DNA of 64,000 nucleotides from Eubacteriales bacterium (GTDB lineage Bacteria; Bacillota; Clostridia; Oscillospirales; CAG-272), in contig JAZNOI010000042.1 in the NCBI GenBank assembly GCA_045580755.1, forward strand, positions 2,758 to 66,757. Reading direction: 5' to 3'. The translations under genes and the position numbers were made by a program. Each line of letters begins with the position of its first letter. The first letter of the stretch is position 1. Positions 1 to 8,233 of the stretch are shown piece by piece. Under the pieces are notes generated by a model that worked only from the letters and a program-made list of their open reading frames with translations, was not told the origin of the DNA and did no database searches.

Positions 1-282
1 ATGATTGCTGTATTCACACTCACCGTATTATACAGCAAGGGGTATTTTGACTTTTCGTTTATCACCAGACCAAGCAATTTCGGAACTCTCAACGGGGTCG
101 AAATAGAAAGATTGGAAACCGAACCCGTTTTTGATGAGGACAGAATAGAGGAAGACCTGAACGACGCTATGGACGGAATGGACGATTTTGAAGCTCCCCC
201 CGAAAGCGACGATCTGTACTTCCCCAATCCCGACGATTTTCCGACTGACAATATGTTCGAAGAAAACATGCCGAACTATTAA
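1..282 (+). CDS. 3' end of an unidentified ORF running off the window start; very acidic D/E/P-rich tail
   Basis: Open frame from base 1 to the stop at 280-282. No family recognised. The tail does not resemble MnmE, which usually precedes mnmG. Confidence 0.3.
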   Translation: MIAVFTLTVLYSKGYFDFSFITRPSNFGTLNGVEIERLETEPVFDEDRIEEDLNDAMDGMDDFEAPPESDDLYFPNPDDFPTDNMFEENMPNY

Positions 283-315
283 CGCTATTCCTTATTTTAA
301 CAATAAAGGTATTTT

Positions 316-2250
316 TTGGACGAGAGAAGGTCAAAAACTTTGAATTACATAGCAGGAAGCACCGACGTCGCGGTAATCGGAGCAGGACACGCGGGTATTG
401 AAGCCGCTTTAGCATGTGCGCGACTCGGACTTAAGACAATTTTATTTACAATAAACCTCGACGCTGTCGGTAATATGCCCTGCAATCCCTCAATAGGCGG
501 TACGGGAAAGGGGCACCTCGTTTATGAGATCGACGCGCTTGGCGGAGAGATGGGCTATGCCGCCGATCTCGTTACGCTCCAGACGCGCACGCTCAATCTG
601 GGCAAAGGTCCCGCAGTTCACTCGAAAAGAGTGCAGGCAGACCGCATCAAGTACCGCGAAATAATGAAAAAGACCATAGAAAACACCGAAAATCTCTCCC
701 TCGTTCAAGCTGAGATCGTAGACTTTTTCACAGAAGAAACGGACGGCACGAAAAAAGTAACGGCTGTCGTTACGAAAATGGGTGCTGTTTGGAACGTTAA
801 GGCAGCGATCGTTTGCGCGGGTACTTTTTTAAACGGCAGAGTTATCACAGGTGAATGCTCGTACGAGTCAGGTCCTGACGGTATGCTGCCCGCAAAAGGC
901 TTTACAGACGCACTTTTGCGTGAAAATATTGAGATTTACAGATTTAAGACCGGCACGCCTCCCCGCGTTCACGCAGACACGGTCGACTTTTCCGACCTTG
1001 AGATACAGACGGGAGACGAAGACACCCTTCCCTTTTCGTCAAGGACAAGCCGGGCAGACTACAGTTCGCTCGAGCAGATTCCCTGCCACATTGTTTACAC
1101 GTCGAAAGACACACACGATATAATCAAATCAAATCTTCACCGTTCTCCCCTCTATTCAGGCGAAATCAAGGGCACGGGTCCCCGTTATTGCCCGAGTATC
1201 GAGGATAAAGTCGTCAGATTTGCCGATAAAGAGCGCCATCAGCTGTTTATCGAGCCCTGCGGAAAGGACACGAAAGAGCTTTATATACAGGGCTTTTCAT
1301 CTTCACTGCCCGAAGAAGTACAGATCAAAATGCTTCACTCGCTTAAGGGCTTTGAGAATGCACAGATGATGAGAACGGCTTACGCCATAGAATACGACTG
1401 CATCAACCCGACTCAGCTCTACCCCACCCTCGAATTTAAGGCTATATCGGGTCTATACGGTGCGGGACAATTCAACGGCACAAGCGGCTACGAAGAAGCG
1501 GCGGGACAGGGCTTGATCGCGGGGATCAACGCCGTATTAAAGATACGCGGCGAGCAACCCCTTATCCTTACGAGAGATTCGTCTTATATAGGCACTCTTA
1601 TCGACGATATAGTAACAAAAGGCACGAACGAGCCATACAGAATGATGACCTCCCGCTCCGAATACAGACTTTTGCTGAGACAGGACAACGCCGATTTCCG
1701 ACTTACACCCATAGGCCACAAGATCGGTCTTGTAAGCGATGAAAGATACAACGAATACCTCGCAAAGCAAAAAGCTATAAACGAAGAGGTCGAAAGGGCT
1801 AAAAATACGACCATATCACCTACCGACCAGCTTAACGGTATACTTTGCGAATGCGGCACAACTCCCGTTACCACCGGAGTTCGTCTCGCCGATCTGCTTC
1901 GACGCCCTCAGCTCAGCTACAAGCACCTTGAGCCCGTAGATAAAACCAGGGGTAATGTTCCGCTTGATATTATAAGCTGTGCCGAAGTTATAATTAAATA
2001 CGACGGATATATCAAGAGACAGATCGCCGAGGTCGAAAAATTTTCAAAAACCGAGAGCATAAAGCTCCCGCATGATATTGATTATTTGTCGATAAAGGGC
2101 TTGCGACTCGAAGCAAGACAAAAACTTGACAAGATCAAACCCGAAAACATAGGCCAGGCAAGCCGTATAAGCGGTGTCAGCCCCGCCGATATAACCGTAT
2201 TGCTCATTTACTGTCAGCAAAACCGCAGACAGAAAGAGGTAGACGAATGA
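316..2250 (+). CDS. mnmG: tRNA uridine 5-carboxymethylaminomethyl modification enzyme MnmG (GidA)
   Basis: 644 aa. N-terminal FAD fold VAVIGAGHAGIEAALACARLG and C-terminal GQASRISGVSPADI. TTG start in the track. Stop overlaps the rsmG start (ATGA). Confidence 0.95.
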   Translation: MDERRSKTLNYIAGSTDVAVIGAGHAGIEAALACARLGLKTILFTINLDAVGNMPCNPSIGGTGKGHLVYEIDALGGEMGYAADLVTLQTRTLNLGKGPAVHSKRVQADRIKYREIMKKTIENTENLSLVQAEIVDFFTEETDGTKKVTAVVTKMGAVWNVKAAIVCAGTFLNGRVITGECSYESGPDGMLPAKGFTDALLRENIEIYRFKTGTPPRVHADTVDFSDLEIQTGDEDTLPFSSRTSRADYSSLEQIPCHIVYTSKDTHDIIKSNLHRSPLYSGEIKGTGPRYCPSIEDKVVRFADKERHQLFIEPCGKDTKELYIQGFSSSLPEEVQIKMLHSLKGFENAQMMRTAYAIEYDCINPTQLYPTLEFKAISGLYGAGQFNGTSGYEEAAGQGLIAGINAVLKIRGEQPLILTRDSSYIGTLIDDIVTKGTNEPYRMMTSRSEYRLLLRQDNADFRLTPIGHKIGLVSDERYNEYLAKQKAINEEVERAKNTTISPTDQLNGILCECGTTPVTTGVRLADLLRRPQLSYKHLEPVDKTRGNVPLDIISCAEVIIKYDGYIKRQIAEVEKFSKTESIKLPHDIDYLSIKGLRLEARQKLDKIKPENIGQASRISGVSPADITVLLIYCQQNRRQKEVDE

Positions 2251-2972
2251 CAGATTATTCAGTCCTTTTAAGAGACGTATTCGAGAAAAACGGCATTTCC
2301 GAGCTGTTGAACTCGGATTCCGTGTCGAAACTCAATTTGCTTATAAATAATATGCTTGCCGTCAACGAAAAAATGAACTTGACCGCTATAACCGACGGCG
2401 AAGATATAATTTTGAAACACATTGCCGACTCGGCAACTATCGTTAAATACATTCCAAAAAACGCAAAGGTCCTCGACGTAGGTACGGGCGGTGGTTTCCC
2501 TGCGCTCCCCCTTGCTGTATTGAGAAAAGATCTTTCGGTCTACGCACTCGACAGCACAGCCAAAAAACTGCGTTACATAGACGAAACCGCAGCTCTACTT
2601 GGCATTTCTAACATAAAAACCGTCGTCGGTCGTGCTGAGGAACTCGGCAGATCGGTCAATTACAGAGCTCGTTTTGACGTTGTAACGGCAAGAGCGGTCG
2701 CATCACTCAATATATTGACTGAGTTATGTATTCCCTTCGTAAAATTAGGCGGCATCTTCATTTCGATGAAAGGCAGTGCCGCAAAAGAGGAGATCGACAG
2801 CGCAAAAAGCGGAGTCATTCAGCTTGGCGGAAGTAAATTTGAAGATGTTGAGCTTACTCTGTCTTATAACGACAAACAGTTCCAAAGACACATCGTTATC
2901 TCCAAAAAGATCAAAGATACCCCCGACAGTTTCCCCAGAATGTATAACAGAATTGCAAAAAAGCCTCTTTAA
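2247..2972 (+). CDS. rsmG: 16S rRNA (guanine527-N7)-methyltransferase RsmG (GidB)
   Basis: 241 aa. SAM motif LDVGTGGGFPALPLA. Conserved position directly after mnmG with a 4-nt overlap. Confidence 0.9.
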   Translation: MTDYSVLLRDVFEKNGISELLNSDSVSKLNLLINNMLAVNEKMNLTAITDGEDIILKHIADSATIVKYIPKNAKVLDVGTGGGFPALPLAVLRKDLSVYALDSTAKKLRYIDETAALLGISNIKTVVGRAEELGRSVNYRARFDVVTARAVASLNILTELCIPFVKLGGIFISMKGSAAKEEIDSAKSGVIQLGGSKFEDVELTLSYNDKQFQRHIVISKKIKDTPDSFPRMYNRIAKKPL

Positions 2973-3161
2973 TTCTTTTTTTGATCTTATTAATTCGTTT
3001 TTTGAGAATAAAACGGCAAAACGCCGTTTTATTCTTTTTTTATTGTATTATATCAGTTATTCTCCCACACAAAAACATTTTCCGCCGTACATGCTTTGAG
3101 CAATATTTTATTTCCCGTGTGTTATCATTCTCTTTGCATAAAAACAAAAAGGAGATAACAA

Positions 3162-3986
3162 ATGAACGCGACGTTAAACATACCCCCGAAAAGCCAAAAA
3201 CAGCACTTTGATACCCAGCTTATACCGACTGACCTTCTTTTCCCTAACCCGTCCCAGCCGAGATTTATTTTCGAGGACGAGCCTCTACTCAGACTTGCTG
3301 ACAGTATCAGACGATACGGTATACTTCAGCCGCTTTCGGTTAAACCGGCAATACGAAACGGCATACAGTCATTTCAAATAATTGCGGGAGAAAGGCGCTG
3401 GAGGGCAGCCCGCATCCTCGGAATACAGAGAGTTCCATGCGTAATTCTCGACGTAGACAGTCAAAAATCGGCTGAAATCGCCCTCGTTGAGAACATTCAG
3501 CGCGAAGACCTTAATTTTTTCGAACAGGCGGCGGCTATTTCTTCACTTATTGACATCTACGGATTAACACAGGAACAGGCGGCACGCAGGCTGTCTATGA
3601 GCCAGTCTTATCTTGCAAACAAGCTTCGCATATTGAAACTCACTCCAAAAGAAAGAAAAGAGATCGTAAAAAACAAATTGACCGAGCGTCACGCGCGTGC
3701 GCTCCTTCGGATCGACGATCCCGAGGTTCGTTTTAATGCTATTTTATACGTTTCATCCAAAGAATTGAACGTCAGCGCAACAGAGAGATACATTGACACT
3801 CTGTTAAATCCCAAGTGCGACGCAACCGCCCCCAAAACAAAAGCTTTTATAAAAGATATTCGTTTTTTTACAAATTCGCTTGACCGTGCACTTGATATTT
3901 TAAAAAACTGCGGAATAAACGCAGTGTCAAAAAAATCCGAAAGCGATACCGAGACTATATTTACCATCACAATACAAAAACAGTAA
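3162..3986 (+). CDS. noc: ParB-family protein in the Noc position (rsmG-noc-soj-spo0J synteny)
   Basis: 274 aa. ParB box IIAGERRWRAARILG and HTH region. AAGGAG RBS before the ATG. The Noc versus second-ParB call rests on synteny only. Confidence 0.7.
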   Translation: MNATLNIPPKSQKQHFDTQLIPTDLLFPNPSQPRFIFEDEPLLRLADSIRRYGILQPLSVKPAIRNGIQSFQIIAGERRWRAARILGIQRVPCVILDVDSQKSAEIALVENIQREDLNFFEQAAAISSLIDIYGLTQEQAARRLSMSQSYLANKLRILKLTPKERKEIVKNKLTERHARALLRIDDPEVRFNAILYVSSKELNVSATERYIDTLLNPKCDATAPKTKAFIKDIRFFTNSLDRALDILKNCGINAVSKKSESDTETIFTITIQKQ

Positions 3987-3989
3987 AAA

Positions 3990-4005
3990 CGTTCCACGTA
4001 GAACA
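3990..4005. other. parS-like site CGTTCCACGTAGAACA (imperfect palindrome)
   Basis: Compared by eye with the Firmicute parS consensus TGTTNCACGTGAAACA. Lies 4 nt after the noc-like stop. Confidence 0.6.
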
Positions 4006-4016
4006 TTTTAGAAAAA

Positions 4017-4032
4017 AGTTCCACGTGGAACA
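4017..4032. other. parS site AGTTCCACGTGGAACA (core GTTCCACGTGGAAC is a perfect 14-bp palindrome)
   Basis: Near-consensus parS, 27 bp from the first copy, upstream of parA. Confidence 0.75.
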
Positions 4033-4148
4033 TTTATTTCCCCGTCGTGCAATATGTAAATTATTAATTACAAGATATATATTTATTGACAACGTCCGAC
4101 TGTGCTGATATAATAATATAAGTAAGAATTTCAGCGGAGGATAGATCG

Positions 4149-4913
4149 GTGGGAAAAATTATAACCTTTGCCAACCAAAAAGGAGGCGTCGGAAAGACGA
4201 CCTCTGCAATAAACATTGCCGCAGAAGCCGGTTTGGCAGGGAAAAAGGTTCTGCTCGTTGACAACGACCCCCAGGGCAACGCAACAAGCGGCGTCGGCTT
4301 GTTTGATAAGAGAAGCATAAGATATTCTACATACACGACGATAATCGAACCCGAGACCGTCAGAAACTCCATTCACAAGACCGATTTTGAGAACCTGGAC
4401 GTTATGCCCTCAAACATAAACCTCGCAGGCGCTGAAATTGAGATAATCGAGTTTAACGACAGACACAAAAGACTGAAGACTGCACTCGACCTGATAAAAG
4501 ACGATTACGATTATATTTTCATAGACTGTCCGCCGACCCTCGGATTGCTGACGGTAAATGCACTCGTAGCATCTGACGGAATTATTATACCCATGCAGTG
4601 CGAGTATTTTGCCCTCGAGGGCTTAGCACAGCTTTCATTGTCGATCAAAAAGGTTAAACAGATGTACAATCCGAACCTCGAGCTCGTAGGAATACTCATC
4701 ACCATGTATAACGGCAGACTCAACCTGTCCGTGCAAGTAATGAACGAACTGAAAAAGTATTACTCGGACAAGATATTTAAAACCGTTATTTCAAGAAACG
4801 TAAGGCTAAGTGAAGCACCCAGCTTTGGAAAGCCCATTAAATACTTTGACAAGTACTCAAAAGGCAGTCAGGCATATACGGACGTAACGAAAGAAATACT
4901 CGAACGCATATAA
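4149..4913 (+). CDS. soj: Chromosome partitioning ATPase ParA/Soj
   Basis: 254 aa. Deviant Walker A NQKGGVGKTTSAIN. GTG start preceded by GGAGGA. Confidence 0.93.
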   Translation: MGKIITFANQKGGVGKTTSAINIAAEAGLAGKKVLLVDNDPQGNATSGVGLFDKRSIRYSTYTTIIEPETVRNSIHKTDFENLDVMPSNINLAGAEIEIIEFNDRHKRLKTALDLIKDDYDYIFIDCPPTLGLLTVNALVASDGIIIPMQCEYFALEGLAQLSLSIKKVKQMYNPNLELVGILITMYNGRLNLSVQVMNELKKYYSDKIFKTVISRNVRLSEAPSFGKPIKYFDKYSKGSQAYTDVTKEILERI

Positions 4914-4933
4914 ATGCAGGAATAGGGGAAATT

Positions 4934-5818
4934 ATGGCAAAAGAAAAAGGGACCGGAAGAGGAATAGACGCCATCTTCCTTGACAATTTCGATATAGACG
5001 ACAACAAAGGCGACAAGATCACGAAACTGAGACTGAGCGAGATCGAGCCCGATCCGACACAGCCGAGAAGTATATTCGACCATAAGCCGCTCGAAGAACT
5101 CGCCGAATCGATCGCAAATCACGGTTTGCTCCAGCCTATTACCGTAAGAGAAGGCAAGAACGGCTATTACAGAATAATAGCGGGCGAAAGACGTTGGAGA
5201 GCCTCAAAAATGGCAGGACTTTCCGAAGTACCCGTAATTATTATCGAAGCGGACGACAGAAAGGCAGCCGAGCTGTCACTTATCGAGAACCTGCAGAGAG
5301 AAGACCTCAACCCGATCGAAGAAGCAAAAGCATATCAGGCGCTTATAGATGAATACGACCTCACACAAAAGGAAGTTTCTTCCATAATTGGCAAAAAAAG
5401 AGAGACGGTCACAAACGCGCTCAGACTATTGGACCTTCCCGAAGAGGTTGCAGAGCTCGTAAAACAGAACGAATTGACAGCAGGGCACGCAAAAGTTCTC
5501 CTCGGAATAAACGACAAAGAGCTGATCCCGATCGCCGCGCAGAAGGTGATCGAAAAACAGCTTTCCGTTAGGGCAACCGAGGCATTGCGCGACTCCTTGA
5601 ACAAAAAAAGCGAAAATAGAGACGAAAACGAGAAAAACGACGGAGTTACGGTTGACTATATAGCAGATCTCGAAAAAAGAATCGCAGGTCAGATCGGCAG
5701 ACATATCAAGATCAAGTCTACCGGAAAACGCAAAAAGATCGAAATAGAGTATACGGACAACAATGACCTCGAAAACATCGTCAAAAAGCTGTGCGGAAGC
5801 ACCTTTTTTGAAGACTGA
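4934..5818 (+). CDS. spo0J: Chromosome partitioning protein ParB/Spo0J
   Basis: 294 aa. LQPITVR and IIAGERRWRASKMAG ParB boxes, HTH, and a C-terminal dimerisation-type tail. Confidence 0.93.
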   Translation: MAKEKGTGRGIDAIFLDNFDIDDNKGDKITKLRLSEIEPDPTQPRSIFDHKPLEELAESIANHGLLQPITVREGKNGYYRIIAGERRWRASKMAGLSEVPVIIIEADDRKAAELSLIENLQREDLNPIEEAKAYQALIDEYDLTQKEVSSIIGKKRETVTNALRLLDLPEEVAELVKQNELTAGHAKVLLGINDKELIPIAAQKVIEKQLSVRATEALRDSLNKKSENRDENEKNDGVTVDYIADLEKRIAGQIGRHIKIKSTGKRKKIEIEYTDNNDLENIVKKLCGSTFFED

Positions 5819-5855
5819 TCCGCAAAAAATATAACAAATTATCGAGGCAAAAACA

Positions 5856-6317
5856 ATGTTTAAATTAAATCTACCCGATTTTTCCTTTCTAAAGGAATTC
5901 GATTCAATGAACTTGACGATGGTGTTGCTCTCGGTCTGCATCGGTATCGCGATCGCATCGTGCGCGATGCTGTACAGACAGGTCTTTTTGGGCAACATTG
6001 CACGAAATATCATCAAAAAAGGCGCTCTTTCCGACGAAAAAGCGCTCACGCTTGAAGAACTGGGATACAAGAAAAACAGCTACTTAACAAAATTCGCCCT
6101 CAGAAAAAACTCGACCTTCAGAAAACTCGTGCTGTCGACCGAGGACGGAAAATACTATATTCCCGAAGATAAAAAAGACTACGTTGAGATAAGATACAGA
6201 AAAAAAGGCACAACGCCTTTCGGTGTCGTTTTCGGAGTGATCGCGATGCTCATAGTTGCATTCCTCTGCCTAACGCTTATCCCGATGTTCGCCGACGAAA
6301 TCAATAAAATGCTTTAA
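5856..6317 (+). CDS. Hypothetical membrane protein (TM segments near both termini)
   Basis: 153 aa ORF. Hydrophobic stretches LTMVLLSVCIGIAIASCAML and FGVVFGVIAMLIVAFLCLTLIPMF. No family recognised. Confidence 0.5.
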   Translation: MFKLNLPDFSFLKEFDSMNLTMVLLSVCIGIAIASCAMLYRQVFLGNIARNIIKKGALSDEKALTLEELGYKKNSYLTKFALRKNSTFRKLVLSTEDGKYYIPEDKKDYVEIRYRKKGTTPFGVVFGVIAMLIVAFLCLTLIPMFADEINKML

Positions 6318-6344
6318 AATAAATACTGAATCGAGGTATTATAC

Positions 6345-7190
6345 ATGAACACTCCTCCAAGAATGAGAACAGTATCTCAAAAAAAGAGAAGATCTCCCAA
6401 AAAAGTAAATAAACTTGCCCGTTTGTTGCTCGTAATGGCAATAGCGTCGTTAATATTGATAGCTCTTATCTGGGGCGTCAGCCACTTTATATTCGGATTC
6501 CGCTTTTTCTCGGTAGAACTCGACGACGGCTCTACCATTAAATATTTCGGAACAGTCGATTCATCGGGCTCACTTAAAGACGGAACTCTATATTTCTCAA
6601 ACGGAAGTACGGGTAAAGTCGACGGCGCAAAAAGCACTATCACTTATTCAAACGGCGACGTCTATACAGGCGGACTCTCAAAGCTTGAAAAGAGCGGTGA
6701 GGGTATATATAAATACGCCAACGGCGACGTATACACAGGTTCGTTCTCCAAAAATGAGTTTTCGGGCACAGGTACGTTTAAATATGCAAACGGAGACGTC
6801 TATACAGGCGACTACAAAGACGGAATGATGCACGGAAAAGGAAAGTACACCTGGTCCGACGGCTCATACTATGACGGCGACTTCGAAAAAAACAAGAGAA
6901 ACGGCAAAGGCAAGTTCGTATTGGATAAAAACTCCTATTACGAAGGCGATTACGTCGACGACGTAAAAGAAGGTAAAGGCAAATACGTATTCCCCAACGG
7001 CGATGTATACGACGGTGACTACAAAAACGACGTCAGAACAGGCAGCGGAACATATACCTGGGCAAACGGAGAAGTTTACGTCGGCGAATTCTTGAACAAC
7101 GATATGCACGGCATCGGAAAATACACCTGGCCGAGCGGCAGAACCTACACCGGCGAATTCTACCAGGGCAAGATCCACATCGAAGAATAA
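6345..7190 (+). CDS. Membrane-anchored MORN-repeat protein
   Basis: 281 aa. Basic N-terminus plus one TM segment, followed by about 8 tandem Y-x-NGD-x-Y-x-G-x-(F/Y) MORN units. Confidence 0.85.
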   Translation: MNTPPRMRTVSQKKRRSPKKVNKLARLLLVMAIASLILIALIWGVSHFIFGFRFFSVELDDGSTIKYFGTVDSSGSLKDGTLYFSNGSTGKVDGAKSTITYSNGDVYTGGLSKLEKSGEGIYKYANGDVYTGSFSKNEFSGTGTFKYANGDVYTGDYKDGMMHGKGKYTWSDGSYYDGDFEKNKRNGKGKFVLDKNSYYEGDYVDDVKEGKGKYVFPNGDVYDGDYKNDVRTGSGTYTWANGEVYVGEFLNNDMHGIGKYTWPSGRTYTGEFYQGKIHIEE

Positions 7191-7210
7191 TAATTACCAA
7201 TAAAAAAATC

Positions 7211-7237
7211 ATCCACCTGTTACCCGGACAGGTGGAT
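7211..7237 (+). terminator. Rho-independent terminator after the MORN gene
   Basis: ATCCACCTGT-TACCCGG-ACAGGTGGAT perfect 10-bp stem followed by TTTTC. Confidence 0.7.
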
Positions 7238-7257
7238 TTTCTTTGCAAAAAAACAAT

Positions 7258-7391
7258 CAGGGCTTCGCCCCGAACCCTGACAAAAGGCGCGCTTTTGTAA
7301 AAGCGCCCTCTTGACTCCAGCCAAAACTTTTAATATTTAATAATCTTCATCCGTAGGGGACGGCGCCTTCGACGTCCCGCTTATAAAAAAA
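7258..7391. repeat. Intergenic mosaic repeat, copy 1 (conserved core plus GTAGGGG hairpin module)
   Basis: Near-identical over about 95 bp to 7431-7525 and 15160-15249. Ends in GTAGGG-GACG..CGTC-CC hairpin plus TTATAAAAAAA. Confidence 0.9.
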
Positions 7392-7560
7392 CAAAAACGC
7401 TTTCGCGTTTTTAAAAAAAGCACAAACAGTCAGGGCTTCGCCCCGAACCCCACAAGAGACGCGCTTTTGTAAAAGCGCCCTCTTGACTCCAACCAAAACT
7501 TTTAATATTTAATAATCTTCATCCGTAGGGGAGGGGCTTGCTCCTCCCGATATAAAAAAA
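7392..7560. repeat. Intergenic mosaic repeat, copy 2 (extended form)
   Basis: Tandem to copy 1 with a 173-bp period. Its full length matches 15121-15291 except for the terminal hairpin stem (GGGAGG..CCTCCC). Confidence 0.9.
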
Positions 7561-7579
7561 GAGGGTGATTCTACCCTCT
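7560..7579 (-). terminator. Terminator of the hflX-yigZ operon (bidirectional shape)
   Basis: AGAGGGT-GATTCT-ACCCTCT flanked by an A-run and a T-run, directly after the yigZ stop at 7582. Confidence 0.7.
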
Positions 7580-7581
7580 TT

Positions 7582-8229
7582 TTATATTTTATCAAATCTT
7601 TCGCCAATCTTTCGCGGCTCAATCTTGCCCGCGCTTATCTCGGATATTTTTAAACAAAACTCACTGTACGACGGCGTTTTTATCGCCATTTTCAGCGTTA
7701 CGCTGTCGCTGTATTCGATCCCGTCCTCTATAATGTCAAAGAACTGACATTCGTACCTGATCTTTTCATGGTCGGCATAACTGCATACTATCTCAAATTC
7801 CGTATATTCGGTATACGTGATGATCTGCGCATCCTCCGCAGCCCCCTTCGCCGCCGCAGTATACGCCCTGACAAGCCCGCCTTTGCCTAACAGAATACCG
7901 CCAAAATATCTGGTAACAACAATTACAGCATCGGTAAAACCCGTCTTTCTTATAACGTCAAGAACCGGCATACCCGCCGTTCCCGCAGGCTCACCGTCAT
8001 CGCTGTACCTCGTCGTGTTCGTATCCTTTATAACGTATGCGTACACGTTGTGCCTTGCATCCGAATGCTTTTTCTTGATCTTGTTTACAAATTCAACAGC
8101 CTCCGCCTCGGAAGTAACCCTCTTGGCATACCCCAAAAACGTCGACTTGTCGATCACCGTCTCAAAAAAACCCTCGCCGCCTAACGTCGTATACAGATTC
8201 TCATTGTTGCTTATAGCCTTGTCCTTCAT
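7582..8229 (-). CDS. yigZ: YigZ / IMPACT-family protein (UPF0029)
   Basis: Motif YSDDGEPAGTAGMPVL and VVTRYFGGILLGKGGL. I chose the internal ATG at 8229, 5 nt after the hflX stop, over the track start at 8286, which would overlap hflX. Confidence 0.85.
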   Translation of the reverse strand: MKDKAISNNENLYTTLGGEGFFETVIDKSTFLGYAKRVTSEAEAVEFVNKIKKKHSDARHNVYAYVIKDTNTTRYSDDGEPAGTAGMPVLDVIRKTGFTDAVIVVTRYFGGILLGKGGLVRAYTAAAKGAAEDAQIITYTEYTEFEIVCSYADHEKIRYECQFFDIIEDGIEYSDSVTLKMAIKTPSYSEFCLKISEISAGKIEPRKIGERFDKI

Positions 8230-8233
8230 ATGA

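Noticed and set aside
7258-7560. Possible CRISPR array, because of repeated GC-rich hairpin-containing units.
   Set aside because: There are only two units, each about 170 bp long. There are no short unique spacers between short repeats, and no cas genes in the window.
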